Shown in pieces: positions 41,601 through 51,002 of a stretch of 64,000 nt of DNA. Made by a program: the position numbers and the translations under genes. The DNA is from Rhizobium sp. Q54 (GTDB lineage: Bacteria; Bacteroidota; Bacteroidia; Sphingobacteriales; Sphingobacteriaceae), in assembly GCA_943360385.1 (NCBI GenBank), contig CALRIM020000001.1, positions 274 through 64,273 on the forward strand, read 5' to 3'. A model generated the notes under the pieces. That model was not told where the DNA came from. It saw only the letters and a list, made by a program, of their open reading frames with translations, and made no database searches. Position 1 is the first letter of the stretch; the number at the start of each line of letters is the position of its first letter.

Positions 41601-41801
41601 ACCGCGGATAACTGTTCCGGGTTGAATAGTTAATGTAACTGTAGAATCTACATATACAAAACCATCTAAACGATAAATCTTATCGTTTGTCCATGTTGTA
41701 TTGGACGTGATATGACCACTTACTGTAGTTACTTGAGCAATTGCTTCTGAACCTACAGCTAACGTAATCATAGTGAATACTGAAAGTAATAGTTTTTTCA
41801 T
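38673..41801 (-). CDS. T9SS-sorted secreted protein: signal peptide, conserved module copy 1, PKD domain, module copy 2, T9SS C-terminal domain
   Basis: 1042 aa. aa 27-441 and 530-944 align colinearly (VSGH[IV]TSNTTWT..DPQNNNY). PKD motif FTWNFGDNT...YNALGNYVVSLTATNG. The CTD reads LLVYPNPTSSEATIQF...GLYIVKVIG...RLTIVK. Confidence 0.85.
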   Translation of the reverse strand: MKKLLLSVFTMITLAVGSEAIAQVTTVSGHITSNTTWTNDKIYRLDGFVYVDSTVTLTIQPGTVIRGVKATKGSLIVTRGGKLIADGTKQLPIVFTSDEAAGVRTYGDWGGVILLGAAPINPVGGQSVIEGGVNNANGDGQYGGTNANDNSGILRYVRIEYAGIPFSANNEINGLTMGGVGKGTTIDYVMVAFSGDDSFEWFGGTVNAKHLIAYKGVDDDFDTDFGYIGNVQFGLVVRDKDVADQAGDSNGFESDNDNTGTNQATPKTLANFSNVTIVGPKADASTVINSKYNNALRIRRNSGCSAYNSIFMGFAYGLYVEGDSSANNATTNQLRFKNNIIAGCATPLRKNVTAFDIDAWYATTGYNNSTLANNSDVMLTAAYAAVPNCLPAVGSPALTGADFTDTRLTNSFFTSTTYKGAFGSDDWTLGWTSWDPQNNNYESVTPIASFTKSVNRDKVTFVNNSQKASSFTWNFGDNTAVSNDVNPVHSYNALGNYVVSLTATNGANNIIVTDTVKITELPVNADLVVVSGHVTSNTTWTSDKIYRLDGFVYVDSNATLTIQAGTIIRGIKSTKGSLIVTRGGKLIANGTKTSPIIFTSDEQAGNRTYGDWGGLILLGAAPVNPVGGQAIIEGGVNNAAGDGQYGGTNTQDSSGVLRYIRIEYAGIPFSANNEINGLTMGGVGNKTVIEYIMVAFSGDDSYEWFGGTVNAKHLIAYKGVDDDFDTDFGYQGNVQFGLVVRDKDVADQAGDSNGFESDNDNTGTNQARPKTKANFSNVTVVGPKADASTVINSKFNNALRLRRNSACSAFNSVFMGFPTGLYVEGDSSANNASTDQLLFKNNVIAGCATPLKKTAASFDVTAWFNTPAFGNSILTNNTDVQLTAPYAAVPNCVPSVGSPVLTGASFADARLTNSFFTTTAFKGAFGSEDWTQGWANWDPQNNNYSFIPTGIAQEKTIKGLLVYPNPTSSEATIQFELASSNVVNVVVYNIQGKELLTINSNEQLQAGTHQVHVNVSNLENGLYIVKVIGNNVASSTRLTIVK

Positions 41802-41820
41802 GACTGAAATTTGATTTGTT

Positions 41821-41828
41821 CAAAACTA
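41821..41828 (-). promoter_or_regulatory. Candidate -7 box (TAGTTTTG) for the T9SS protein gene
   Basis: Matches TAnnTTTG, with its last base 19 nt upstream of ATG 41801. Confidence 0.35.
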
Positions 41829-41890
41829 CTTCAGCAATGTTAGGAAGATGTTAAGTGTAGATTATTTGTACGTTTATTTAATGCTAATTT

Positions 41891-41922
41891 AAAAACAAAA
41901 AAGGCGTGATAAATCACGCCTT
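41891..41922 (-). terminator. Rho-independent terminator downstream of the TonB-dependent receptor
   Basis: Minus strand reads aaggcgtgat-tt-atcacgcctt followed by TTTTTTGTTTTT. Confidence 0.75.
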
Positions 41923-41948
41923 AACCTTATTTTATACTATGATTGTAA

Positions 41949-44816
41949 TTAAAACTTATACGCTAAAGAAAACGAATAAGTAGTACCCCAACTTGTCGAC
42001 AATATTTTATTGTCTTTGTCTTCGTTATACGATTTGTTCTTATCAATATCTTGGTAATAGATTCTTTTTTGATTTAAAATATCAGAAACATTTAACTTCA
42101 CTTCAAAATGACTCATAAATACTTTCGATACTTGAGCATCTAATAAATTTCTAGGTGCTTCCCATACGTTTTCGTATCCTAGGTAACCTGCTTCCACAAT
42201 TCTTCTTCCAATAACATTATACAATACACTGAAGCTTAAACCAGATTTTGGCTCTGAATATTGCAACCCTGCATTAACGATATAAGGTGATTGCCCTTGT
42301 AAGGGACGGATAGAATCTGCGGCATTAATATTTCCTCTTAAATCCACTTTAGAACTAATGAAAGATGTGTTTGCATAAATTGTAAAGTTATCCCATTGTT
42401 CCCAAGCTAATGCATTAAAGGCATTCAAGAAATTCAATTTCTTTCTGAACTCCAATTCTAACCCATAATTTTTAGCTTCTGTAACATTCTGAAATGTTTT
42501 TGTTTTGTTACTTCCCCCTAAATAAACCGACTCAATTGGATTGTTAAAGTTTTTATAAAATCCTGTTACCGACATTACCTCTCCTGCTCGTGGGTAAATT
42601 TCCCAACGTACATCATAGTTAGTAATTAATGCCCTTTTTAGGTTCGGATTTCCTTGAATTAAAGTATTTGTAATAAAATCTTCGTATTCGAAAGTTGCTA
42701 ACTCTCTAAATTCCGGACGAGAAACTGTTTTAGAAAAAGCAAATCGCAGATTCATTTTTTCAGATAGTGCATAGGTAATATTTGCAGATGGTAAAACATC
42801 TACATTTGTAATGTTTAACTCTAAAGAATCACCAGGAGATTGCAATTTTATATTATTAGATTCAACACGTGCACCCCAAACAAATCTCACGTTCTTTAAC
42901 AAATGATTATCAAACATAATATATGCTGCTTGTAAATTATTTTGTGCTGTATATCTTGCTGTAGGGTTTGTAATATCTTCTAAAATAAAGCCTTTGAAAG
43001 GCGATTTAGAAGAGTCTGCTAAATTAGAAACATCAAATAAATGCTCAGGTCCTAATGATAAAACGGAGTCGGATATTGGAAATCCTTGGCGTTTATATCC
43101 AAAAAATCTTGCAGAAAATTCACGCTCTCTTTTAGAAGCATAAACCCCAACTTTAATCGAGCTTTTATCTTTAAACAAATCAAATGGAACTGTTACATCT
43201 GAACCAAAAGAATATGTATTTTCATTTAACTTCGAATAAAATTTACGCGCATTTTTATCTGGAGTAAAATTTATTTGCGCTAACATTGGCGCATCTGGAG
43301 ATTGTGTGATATTATTACTGTATTGTAATGATCTAGCATCTGGCTCATCGCGATCTATTCTACTTACTCCACCATTTGCTTTAAATTTTATATTGTTAGT
43401 AGGAAAAACTTTCTCGTAATTTACTTGAGATGATAATAATCTTTTGCTAGTAAATTCATAGTTATACCCCTTTATTTTAATAGTGTCGGGGGCATTATCT
43501 TCTAAATTATATCCATTTCTTACAATTGTATTTATATCTGTATTGATGTTATAAATATTTTTTAGAGATACTTTAGAATTTTTTCCTGTTTGATAAGATA
43601 GATTTAATAATGCTCCTAAGGTTATATTGTTTTTATAATTATCATCCGCAAAAACAAATCGTTTCCCTACAGAGTTGTCGAAATCCTGACGTTCAATTTG
43701 ATTATATCTCTGAGTGTTGTTATAAGTTATCCCATAAACATACCCGAAATCTTTTTGTGCGATTTTAGATTTATTTCCATAAAGAATCTGAAAACTTCCG
43801 CCTGGTGCTGCAGCATTATTATCTGTATACCCCCAGTCGTTGCTAAATAATCTCGACATTGCTGCTGCTTTTTTAGCATTTGTTGGATAGTTTTCTTCCG
43901 AAGGAATCCCATCTGGAATTGCTCTGGTACCATCATCAACACCTAAAAAATCGTATTTACCAGTAGTGCTATTCTGAACAAATTTCTTACCATTAGTAAT
44001 GCTGTTAAAAGACAATCCCATGTTTACATTAAAGAATGATTCTTCTGGGAAATCTTTTGTATTTAATTGAATCACTCCACCTGCGAAATCACCTGGTAAA
44101 TCTGGTGTTGCAGCTTTAGTAATGGTCATGTTATCCAATAAATTGGCAGGAAAAATATCAAATGAAAAAGCTCTTTTATCTGGCTCAGTACTTGGTAGTG
44201 GAGAACCATTAATTAATGCAACATTGTATCGATCACTTAATCCTCTAATAACTACAAATTTATTATCCTGTATACTCGCACCACTTACTCTTCTTAACAC
44301 ATCACTTGTACTTCTATCAGGAGATTTTTTAATAATATCTGAAGATATACCATCCGAAATAGTCACATTGTTTTTTTGAATAGTATATAAGGCTCCTAAA
44401 CTTTCTCTTTTGTAGGTAGAGGTTACCACCACTTCATTTAATTGCTTACCCTGCTCTTCCATTGTTATGTTTAAAGTAGTAGTCTTACCTGCATTCACCA
44501 CAATACCTTCAACAATTTTAGTATTATAGGAGATGTATTTAAAAACTAATTTATACGTACCAGCTTTTAAATTGATGAGTTCATATTGCCCATCAAAATT
44601 TGTTTGAGTACCCGTAGTAGTACCTTCAATTAATACTACCAAACCAATGATGGGTTCATTAGTTGCTTTGTCTACAACCTTTCCAATTATTTTACCTCTA
44701 GGTCCATTATCTTCGGCTTTTGCAATAAAAGTTCCTAGGATTATAATTAACAAGGTGTACAATAGATTCTTTTTCACGGATATAACTAATTTGTTTCGAC
44801 AAAAGTACCGACCCAA
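41949..44816 (-). CDS. TonB-dependent receptor with N-terminal carboxypeptidase-regulatory-like domain
   Basis: 955 aa with GKVVDKATNEPIIGLVVLIEG (CarbopepD_reg), plug (DVLRRVSGASIQDNKFVVIRGLSDRYN), a long beta-barrel and terminal aromatic YKF. An alternative GTG start lies at 44777. Confidence 0.85.
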   Translation of the reverse strand: MGRYFCRNKLVISVKKNLLYTLLIIILGTFIAKAEDNGPRGKIIGKVVDKATNEPIIGLVVLIEGTTTGTQTNFDGQYELINLKAGTYKLVFKYISYNTKIVEGIVVNAGKTTTLNITMEEQGKQLNEVVVTSTYKRESLGALYTIQKNNVTISDGISSDIIKKSPDRSTSDVLRRVSGASIQDNKFVVIRGLSDRYNVALINGSPLPSTEPDKRAFSFDIFPANLLDNMTITKAATPDLPGDFAGGVIQLNTKDFPEESFFNVNMGLSFNSITNGKKFVQNSTTGKYDFLGVDDGTRAIPDGIPSEENYPTNAKKAAAMSRLFSNDWGYTDNNAAAPGGSFQILYGNKSKIAQKDFGYVYGITYNNTQRYNQIERQDFDNSVGKRFVFADDNYKNNITLGALLNLSYQTGKNSKVSLKNIYNINTDINTIVRNGYNLEDNAPDTIKIKGYNYEFTSKRLLSSQVNYEKVFPTNNIKFKANGGVSRIDRDEPDARSLQYSNNITQSPDAPMLAQINFTPDKNARKFYSKLNENTYSFGSDVTVPFDLFKDKSSIKVGVYASKREREFSARFFGYKRQGFPISDSVLSLGPEHLFDVSNLADSSKSPFKGFILEDITNPTARYTAQNNLQAAYIMFDNHLLKNVRFVWGARVESNNIKLQSPGDSLELNITNVDVLPSANITYALSEKMNLRFAFSKTVSRPEFRELATFEYEDFITNTLIQGNPNLKRALITNYDVRWEIYPRAGEVMSVTGFYKNFNNPIESVYLGGSNKTKTFQNVTEAKNYGLELEFRKKLNFLNAFNALAWEQWDNFTIYANTSFISSKVDLRGNINAADSIRPLQGQSPYIVNAGLQYSEPKSGLSFSVLYNVIGRRIVEAGYLGYENVWEAPRNLLDAQVSKVFMSHFEVKLNVSDILNQKRIYYQDIDKNKSYNEDKDNKILSTSWGTTYSFSLAYKF

Positions 44817-44935
44817 TATTAATCGTATGTTAAGAGATAGTTAAAAAAAGAAGTAGTAAAGTTAACCAGAAGGTTAAATTTAAGGATTGAGCAACGCTAA
44901 GTTAATATAGGCTTTATTTTAAAATCCTTTTCTGG

Positions 44936-44983
44936 GCTCGACGTCCACGTCGAGCTTATTTCGATGGACGTGGACGTCCATCG
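44936..44983. repeat. Two GC-rich palindromes: GCTCGACGTCCACGTCGAGC (identical to 38523-38542) and CGATGGACGTGGACGTCCATCG
   Basis: 44936-44955 is an exact 20/20 copy of 38523-38542 in the same orientation. 44962-44983 is a 10-bp stem around the complementary core. Confidence 0.9.
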
Positions 44984-45013
44984 CAGCACCATTTCAGAAA
45001 AAGTCCCAAGCCT

Positions 45014-45502
45014 TTAGTCCTTCGACTGGTATGGTAAGCCTACTTTTTTGAAAACAAAGTGCAATAACCAAATAGGACCAATTAATAAAAATTGTAGATC
45101 TTTTAAGAATGAAGGTTTTTTCCCTTCTATTTTATGTCCAATGAATTGAAATATCCATGCTACCACGAAAATAATACCACAAATTTGCCACAAAGCCATT
45201 CCTCCTGCTCTTTCAGCATATTCTAATTGAACGATGATGAAAGAAAATAATCCTGTTACAATAATCATTGCAAAGGCCAATATTGGAGATAACCTATAAT
45301 AATAATATAAGGAGAATGCGATTACAAGCGATGCCCAATTAAAGAATGGATACGCTTTCATAGCTTCTGGCATTGGAATAGCCCAAACCAGACCTAATAA
45401 ACTAAATACAATTGATGGAACTGCAATCCAATGGATCAACTTGTTAGTACTGTTCAAATGGCTCGAACTGTACTCTTCGAAGAGGGTGTCTAGTTTTGTC
45501 AT
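45014..45502 (-). CDS. DUF962 / Mpo1-like membrane protein
   Basis: 162 aa with EYSSSHLNSTNKLIHWIAVP and four hydrophobic helices, typical of the YGL010w-like family. Confidence 0.7.
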   Translation of the reverse strand: MTKLDTLFEEYSSSHLNSTNKLIHWIAVPSIVFSLLGLVWAIPMPEAMKAYPFFNWASLVIAFSLYYYYRLSPILAFAMIIVTGLFSFIIVQLEYAERAGGMALWQICGIIFVVAWIFQFIGHKIEGKKPSFLKDLQFLLIGPIWLLHFVFKKVGLPYQSKD

Positions 45503-45510
45503 GTGTTGAG

Positions 45511-45584
45511 AATCGGGTATCAGGTATCGGGTATCGAGATATTGGATATAAATTACCCGCTACCTGATACTCGATACACGATAC
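45511..45584. repeat. GGTATCG-family array with an inverted partner (CGATAC)
   Basis: aatcgggtatcaggtatcgggtatcgagat ... cccgctacctgatactcgatacacgatac. Confidence 0.8.
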
Positions 45585-45591
45585 TGGTTAG

Positions 45592-47148
45592 TTATTTAGC
45601 GAACGACACCGCCCTAGTTTCTCTTATCACTGTCACTTTAACCTGACCTGGGTATGTCATTTCTGTTTGAATTCTTTCAGCAATGTCGAATGATAATGCT
45701 TCTGCTTGTTGGTCTGTGATTTTTTCACTTTCTACAATCACACGTAACTCACGACCAGCTTGAATAGCAAAAGTTTTTTCAACACCTGGGTACGATAAGG
45801 CTAGATCTTCCATTTCTTTTAAACGTTTGATGTAGCTTTCTACTACTTCTCGGCGTGCTCCTGGGCGTGCTCCAGAAATTGCATCACATGCTTGAATTAT
45901 TGGAGACAAAATACTTGTCATTTCAATTTCATCATGGTGAGCTCCAATGGCATTACATACTTCTGGATGTTCCTTATACTTTTCAGCTAATTGCATACCA
46001 AGGATAGCATGTGGTACTTCTGGATTATCCTCAGATACTTTTCCAATATCATGTAGCAACCCTGCTCTACGAGCCATCTTCACGTTTAATCCTAATTCTG
46101 TTGCCATAATAGCACAGAAATTAGCTACCTCACGTGAGTGTTGTAATAAATTTTGTCCGTAAGACGAACGGTATTTCATACGTCCTACCATTCTGATTAA
46201 CTCAGGATGTAAACCGTGTATTCCTAAATCGATAACAGTACGTTCTCCTGTTTCAATAATTTCTTCTTCTAATTGTTTTTTCGTTTTAGCAACTACTTCT
46301 TCAATACGTGCTGGGTGAATACGACCATCTGTTACTAACCTGTGTAAAGATAAACGCGCTAACTCTCTACGTACTGGATCGAAGCCAGATAATATAATTG
46401 CTTCAGGAGTATCATCAACAATAATTTCTATACCTGTAGCAGCTTCTAATGCACGAATATTACGTCCTTCGCGGCCAATGATTCTTCCTTTAACCTCATC
46501 ACTTTCTATGTTGAATACCGAAACAGTGTTTTCTATAGCAGCTTCTGTAGCCGAGCGTTGAATAGTTTGAATAACAATTTTCTTCGCTTCTTTTGCAGCA
46601 GTCATTTTTGCATCTTCTACAATATCTTTAATCATCGACATTGCATTCGTACGTGCTTCATCCTTCAAGGCTTCTACCATTTGTGCTTTGGCATCCTCGG
46701 CAGATAAACCTGCAATTTTTTCTAATTGTGTTACTTGTTGCGTGTGAAGTTGATCTACTTCTGCTTTTTTCTTTTCAAGAATTTCTATTTGACGATTTAA
46801 ATTCTGACGAGTAGTATCCAACTCTTGTTCTTTACGAGTGTTGTTCTCTATCTTCTGACCTAAACTTTGTTCCTTTTGTTTTAGAGAATTCTCCCTTTGA
46901 GAAGCAAGTGTGTTTTTCTGTTGAATTTCTTGTTCATGCTCTGCTTTTAATTGCAAGAACTTTTCTTTTGCCTCTAATAATTTATTTTTCTTTAAAAGTT
47001 CCGCTTGAGATTCAGCATCTTTTAGAACTTTTTCTGCATTTGATTTTGCAATCTGCTCATGATCTTGGATTCCTTTTTTTAGCATTAATCTTGCTATTAA
47101 AAATCCTATCAATAAAGCCACGATTCCTGTTACGATCGTTACTACCAT
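45592..47148 (-). CDS. rny: Ribonuclease Y
   Basis: 518 aa with N-terminal TM, coiled coil, KH ([13 protein letters not shown]) and HD (LLHDIGK) domains. Confidence 0.95.
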   Translation of the reverse strand: MVVTIVTGIVALLIGFLIARLMLKKGIQDHEQIAKSNAEKVLKDAESQAELLKKNKLLEAKEKFLQLKAEHEQEIQQKNTLASQRENSLKQKEQSLGQKIENNTRKEQELDTTRQNLNRQIEILEKKKAEVDQLHTQQVTQLEKIAGLSAEDAKAQMVEALKDEARTNAMSMIKDIVEDAKMTAAKEAKKIVIQTIQRSATEAAIENTVSVFNIESDEVKGRIIGREGRNIRALEAATGIEIIVDDTPEAIILSGFDPVRRELARLSLHRLVTDGRIHPARIEEVVAKTKKQLEEEIIETGERTVIDLGIHGLHPELIRMVGRMKYRSSYGQNLLQHSREVANFCAIMATELGLNVKMARRAGLLHDIGKVSEDNPEVPHAILGMQLAEKYKEHPEVCNAIGAHHDEIEMTSILSPIIQACDAISGARPGARREVVESYIKRLKEMEDLALSYPGVEKTFAIQAGRELRVIVESEKITDQQAEALSFDIAERIQTEMTYPGQVKVTVIRETRAVSFAK

Positions 47149-47232
47149 GTTTATTTGTTATTAATATTATACCATATGCGCTATTTAAATAGCAGCACAA
47201 TAGTTAAAACAAGTAGAAAAACACTAAAAAAA

Positions 47233-47526
47233 TTATTGCTTAAACAGGTAATCACTCAGTCGTTTGTCGATTTTTTCCATTTGTTGAGAAAAATCTAAAC
47301 TCATTGATTTGTGATTTTTATCGAGATTTAAATGTTCTGTGGCAATTTGTAAAATGCACATGGAAAGTAAATCTTGCTTATCTCTAACTGCATAGTTCTC
47401 TTGGAACTCCTTTATGCGGTCGTTTACAAGCTTAGCTGCTTTCCGAACGTTCTCCTCATCCTCACTATTTATTTTTAAAGGATAAACCCTATCGGCAATA
47501 TTAATTTTAATGGAAATTTCTCCCAT
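47233..47526 (-). CDS. zapA: Cell division protein ZapA
   Basis: 97 aa. ISIKINIADRVYPLKINSEDEENVRKAAKLVNDRI is typical ZapA. Confidence 0.8.
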   Translation of the reverse strand: MGEISIKINIADRVYPLKINSEDEENVRKAAKLVNDRIKEFQENYAVRDKQDLLSMCILQIATEHLNLDKNHKSMSLDFSQQMEKIDKRLSDYLFKQ

Positions 47527-47550
47527 CTTTTGTTTTATAAACTATTGTTA

Positions 47551-47829
47551 TTATTTACTCAAAATAGATATACATTTATCTATTTCTCGCACAAAATCGT
47601 TAATTTTCGTCTTAATGTCAAGTGTCTTCTCATTCGTAACCGCCACACTTTTGGCTAATTTAAGGATACGATGCTTCTCTTCCAAGTCTTTAAGCTCAGA
47701 AGATAAATCTAAAAATCGCTTCCTCAAAAGTTCATTATCACCTAAAAGGAGATCGTTCTGCTCTTTCAGTGCATCACAATACTCCATGAGCATATCTACT
47801 TTTTTCTCTATGCTATCTAGGTTCTTCAT
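47551..47829 (-). CDS. Small coiled-coil protein (unknown function; sits between pheT and zapA)
   Basis: 92 aa with a heptad-rich Leu/Glu/Lys sequence. Its start abuts the pheT stop. Confidence 0.55.
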   Translation of the reverse strand: MKNLDSIEKKVDMLMEYCDALKEQNDLLLGDNELLRKRFLDLSSELKDLEEKHRILKLAKSVAVTNEKTLDIKTKINDFVREIDKCISILSK

Positions 47830-50232
47830 TTACGATTTCCTTATTTCTGCGCCTACTTCTTTTTCGTAAGATTTTATTAATTTCTCCATTACACCATCAA
47901 TTACTTGATCTTGTAAGGTATTTTCTTCATCCATCAAAATAAAACTCAAGGCATACGATTTCTTACCCTCTGGTAATTTATCGCCCTCATATACATCGAA
48001 TATATCGATGTTTTTCAATAGTTTTTGTTCCGCTTGATTTGCAATTTTCTTCAATTGTTCAAACGTAACCTCCTTATTTATAAGCATTGAAAGGTCTCTG
48101 CGTACCGATGGGTATTTTGGAGCTCCTCTATATTCCTTTTTGCGTTTAACTATGTTTTGCATCAAGGCATTCATGTTTATATCTGCAAAAAACACTTCCT
48201 GAGCAATATCAAACTGCTTTAGAGTCTTTTTAGCAATGGAAGATACTTTAATTATTTCCAATTTCCCTAATAAATATGAAAAGCCCTCATTCCCATTCTC
48301 ATTAATAACCTGCGTTTTAATGCCAGAAAGCCCAACTCTATTTACTAATTGATCAACAATGGATTTTAGGTTGAAAATGGTATTCTTCTCAGCTTTCTCT
48401 TTCCAGTGTTCCAAATGAGTGTTTCCAGTTAGGAATAAACTCAAATGAAATTTCTCTTCATAACCAGTTTCTGTTTTATGATAGGTGTTTCCCCATTCAT
48501 ACAACTTTAAATCGCTTGATCGTCTATTAATATTATATGAAATAGCCTCCAAACCACAACTTAACATCTGATTACGCATTACTTGTAATTCAATACTCAA
48601 TGGATTTAATATTTCCACCTGATCTGAATTATCAAACAGTTCGTTGTTTTTTGATGAAGTTAATGAATTCGACATCATTTCCTGATACCCAACAGAACTT
48701 AGGTATTCTGATAGAATTTCCTTTACTCTTTCTGGGTCTGGTTTTACAGAAAACGATAGCGATGATTTTAAATGAGTTGGCATTTCAATATTATTCAACC
48801 CGTAAATTCTTAAAATCTCTTCCACTAAATCGCATGGACGAGTAACATCTACTTTTGATAATGGGACTCTTACCAACACATATTCTGGCATTTCATCCAA
48901 AATTTTTATGCCCAAACCCGATAGTATTTCTACCATCAATTTAGGTTCTAATTTTTTACCAATTAATTTTTGAGCATACTCGAAATTCAATTTGATTTCT
49001 GCGGCCGCAATAGGATTTGGATATACATCCGTAATACATGGTTCTGCATTTCCTCCTGCTATCTCTAGAACTAATTCTACTGCTTGAGACAATGCCATTA
49101 AACACATATCGGCATCTGTACCACGTTCAAATCTAAAGGAAGCATCCGTTTTTAAATCGTGTTGCTTAGAAGATTTACGAACAACCGCAGCATTAAAGTA
49201 AGCACTTTCTAAAAATATATTTTTTGTTTCGGCATTTACAGAAGTGTTTAACCCTCCCATAGTACCGGCAATTCCAATCAATCTTTCTGCATCAGTAATA
49301 ACCAATTCTCCACCAACCATTTTACGCTCTGCTTGATCTAAGGTTTGCAATAATTCTCCTGCCAATGCTCTACGAACCTTTACTGTATTGCCTTTTAACG
49401 CATCTGCATTGTATGCATGCATTGGTTGACCCAAACCATGACAGATGTAATTTGTAATATCTACAATATTATTAATGGGTTTTAACCCGATAGATTGTAA
49501 ACGTTCCTTTAGCCATTCTGGAGATTCTTCAACGTTAACATCTGAAATATAAATTCCAGTAAAACGTGGCGTATCTTCCGAAGATTCAATATCTAATTTT
49601 ATTTTTCCAACTGCATGAACTGGTAAGAGTGTATGTTCTTTTTGCAAAAGTGGTCTGTTGAATATGGCTGATAAATCTCTAGCTACACCAAAATGTGAAG
49701 CAGCATCGGCACGATTTGGCGTTAACCCTATTTCGAAAATAGTATCTGAACTTAAATTGAAATATGTTTTTAATGCTGTACCAATAACAGCATCATCTGG
49801 TAATACTTTAATCCCATCGTGCGACTTTCCCATTCCTATTTCATCCTCTGCACAAATCATTCCTTCTGAAACTTCTGAACGAATTTTAGATTTATTGATT
49901 TTAAAGGGTTCACCTTCTAAGGGGTAAACAGTTGTTCCTACTGTTGCAACAATTACTTTTTGACCAACAGCTACATTAGGTGCACCGCAAACTATTTGTA
50001 AAGGCTCACCCGAACCAACATCCACTTTCGTCACTCTTAAACGGTCGGCATTCGGGTGCTGCCAACATTCTAATACATGTCCTACAACTAATCCTTCTAA
50101 CCCACCTTTTATTGATTCTACGACTTCCGTCGACTCTACTTCTAAACCTACCGATGTTAAAGACTCTGATATCTGTTGAGTATTATCACTCAAATCAATA
50201 TATTCCTTCAACCACTTATATGAAATCTTCAT
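47830..50232 (-). CDS. pheT: Phenylalanine--tRNA ligase beta subunit
   Basis: 800 aa with N-terminal tRNA-binding domain (MKISYKWLKEY...HPNADRLRVTKVDVG), B3/4, B5 and FDX-ACB domains. Confidence 0.95.
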   Translation of the reverse strand: MKISYKWLKEYIDLSDNTQQISESLTSVGLEVESTEVVESIKGGLEGLVVGHVLECWQHPNADRLRVTKVDVGSGEPLQIVCGAPNVAVGQKVIVATVGTTVYPLEGEPFKINKSKIRSEVSEGMICAEDEIGMGKSHDGIKVLPDDAVIGTALKTYFNLSSDTIFEIGLTPNRADAASHFGVARDLSAIFNRPLLQKEHTLLPVHAVGKIKLDIESSEDTPRFTGIYISDVNVEESPEWLKERLQSIGLKPINNIVDITNYICHGLGQPMHAYNADALKGNTVKVRRALAGELLQTLDQAERKMVGGELVITDAERLIGIAGTMGGLNTSVNAETKNIFLESAYFNAAVVRKSSKQHDLKTDASFRFERGTDADMCLMALSQAVELVLEIAGGNAEPCITDVYPNPIAAAEIKLNFEYAQKLIGKKLEPKLMVEILSGLGIKILDEMPEYVLVRVPLSKVDVTRPCDLVEEILRIYGLNNIEMPTHLKSSLSFSVKPDPERVKEILSEYLSSVGYQEMMSNSLTSSKNNELFDNSDQVEILNPLSIELQVMRNQMLSCGLEAISYNINRRSSDLKLYEWGNTYHKTETGYEEKFHLSLFLTGNTHLEHWKEKAEKNTIFNLKSIVDQLVNRVGLSGIKTQVINENGNEGFSYLLGKLEIIKVSSIAKKTLKQFDIAQEVFFADINMNALMQNIVKRKKEYRGAPKYPSVRRDLSMLINKEVTFEQLKKIANQAEQKLLKNIDIFDVYEGDKLPEGKKSYALSFILMDEENTLQDQVIDGVMEKLIKSYEKEVGAEIRKS

Positions 50233-50280
50233 TTAATAAATATCCGTTTTTACAAAAGTACGAAAAAAGTGCTGCTTATA

Positions 50281-50982
50281 CTATAGGATTCCCTCATCGC
50301 AAAAACTTAAATAGTTGTTCTCATGAATAATCAAATGATCGAGAAGTTTAATATCCATTAGTAATGCAGCCTCTTTACATTTATTAGTGATAATAACATC
50401 TTCGGTGCTCGGTGTAAGATTTCCTGAGGGGTGATTATGACAGATTATGATGGAGCTCGCCAGACATTCGATTGCACTTTTTAATATCATTCGGATATCT
50501 GCAACCGTACCACTAATACCACCTTTGCTTAAACACCTTTTTTCGATAATAAAGTTCCCTCTATTTAAAAAAATGACCCAAAATTCCTCATGAGCTAGGT
50601 CTGCAAAGTGCTCGGCCATTAGTGTATAAATACTAGAACTACTCTGTATTTTCTTAAGCTGAGGTTTGCTCACATCCTTTCGTCTTTGCCCTAATTCTAA
50701 ACACGCAGAAATAATTAAAGCCTTGGCTTCACCAATTCCGTTGTGTTTTTTTAGTTCTGCAAGAGTAAGTTTAGAGAGTTTACTAAGGTCTGATTGTACA
50801 CTCGCCAATAGGGTTTGAGCTATAGAGAGAGCATTGTTATCTGGCGTTCCGCTGCCTATGAGTATAGCTAACAGTTCCGCATCGCTAAGGCTATGTCGCC
50901 CTTTTTGCTTGAGTTTTTCACGAGGTTTATCTGCCTCCGACCATTCTTTAATGGTTAATCGATTTCTATTTTCCGCCTTCAC
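50281..50982 (-). CDS. radC: RadC-family JAB-domain protein
   Basis: 233 aa with KPREKL...LSDAELLAILIGSG, an HhH, and the C-terminal JAMM motif IICHNHPSGNLTPSTED. GTG start. Confidence 0.85.
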   Translation of the reverse strand: MKAENRNRLTIKEWSEADKPREKLKQKGRHSLSDAELLAILIGSGTPDNNALSIAQTLLASVQSDLSKLSKLTLAELKKHNGIGEAKALIISACLELGQRRKDVSKPQLKKIQSSSSIYTLMAEHFADLAHEEFWVIFLNRGNFIIEKRCLSKGGISGTVADIRMILKSAIECLASSIIICHNHPSGNLTPSTEDVIITNKCKEAALLMDIKLLDHLIIHENNYLSFCDEGIL

Positions 50983-51002
50983 AAATGTAAAGGTCGTATA
51001 AA

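Noticed and set aside
47149-47232. 6S RNA downstream of zapA, as in enterobacteria
   Set aside because: The spacer is only 84 nt, too short for a roughly 180-nt 6S RNA, and no long imperfect hairpin is seen.
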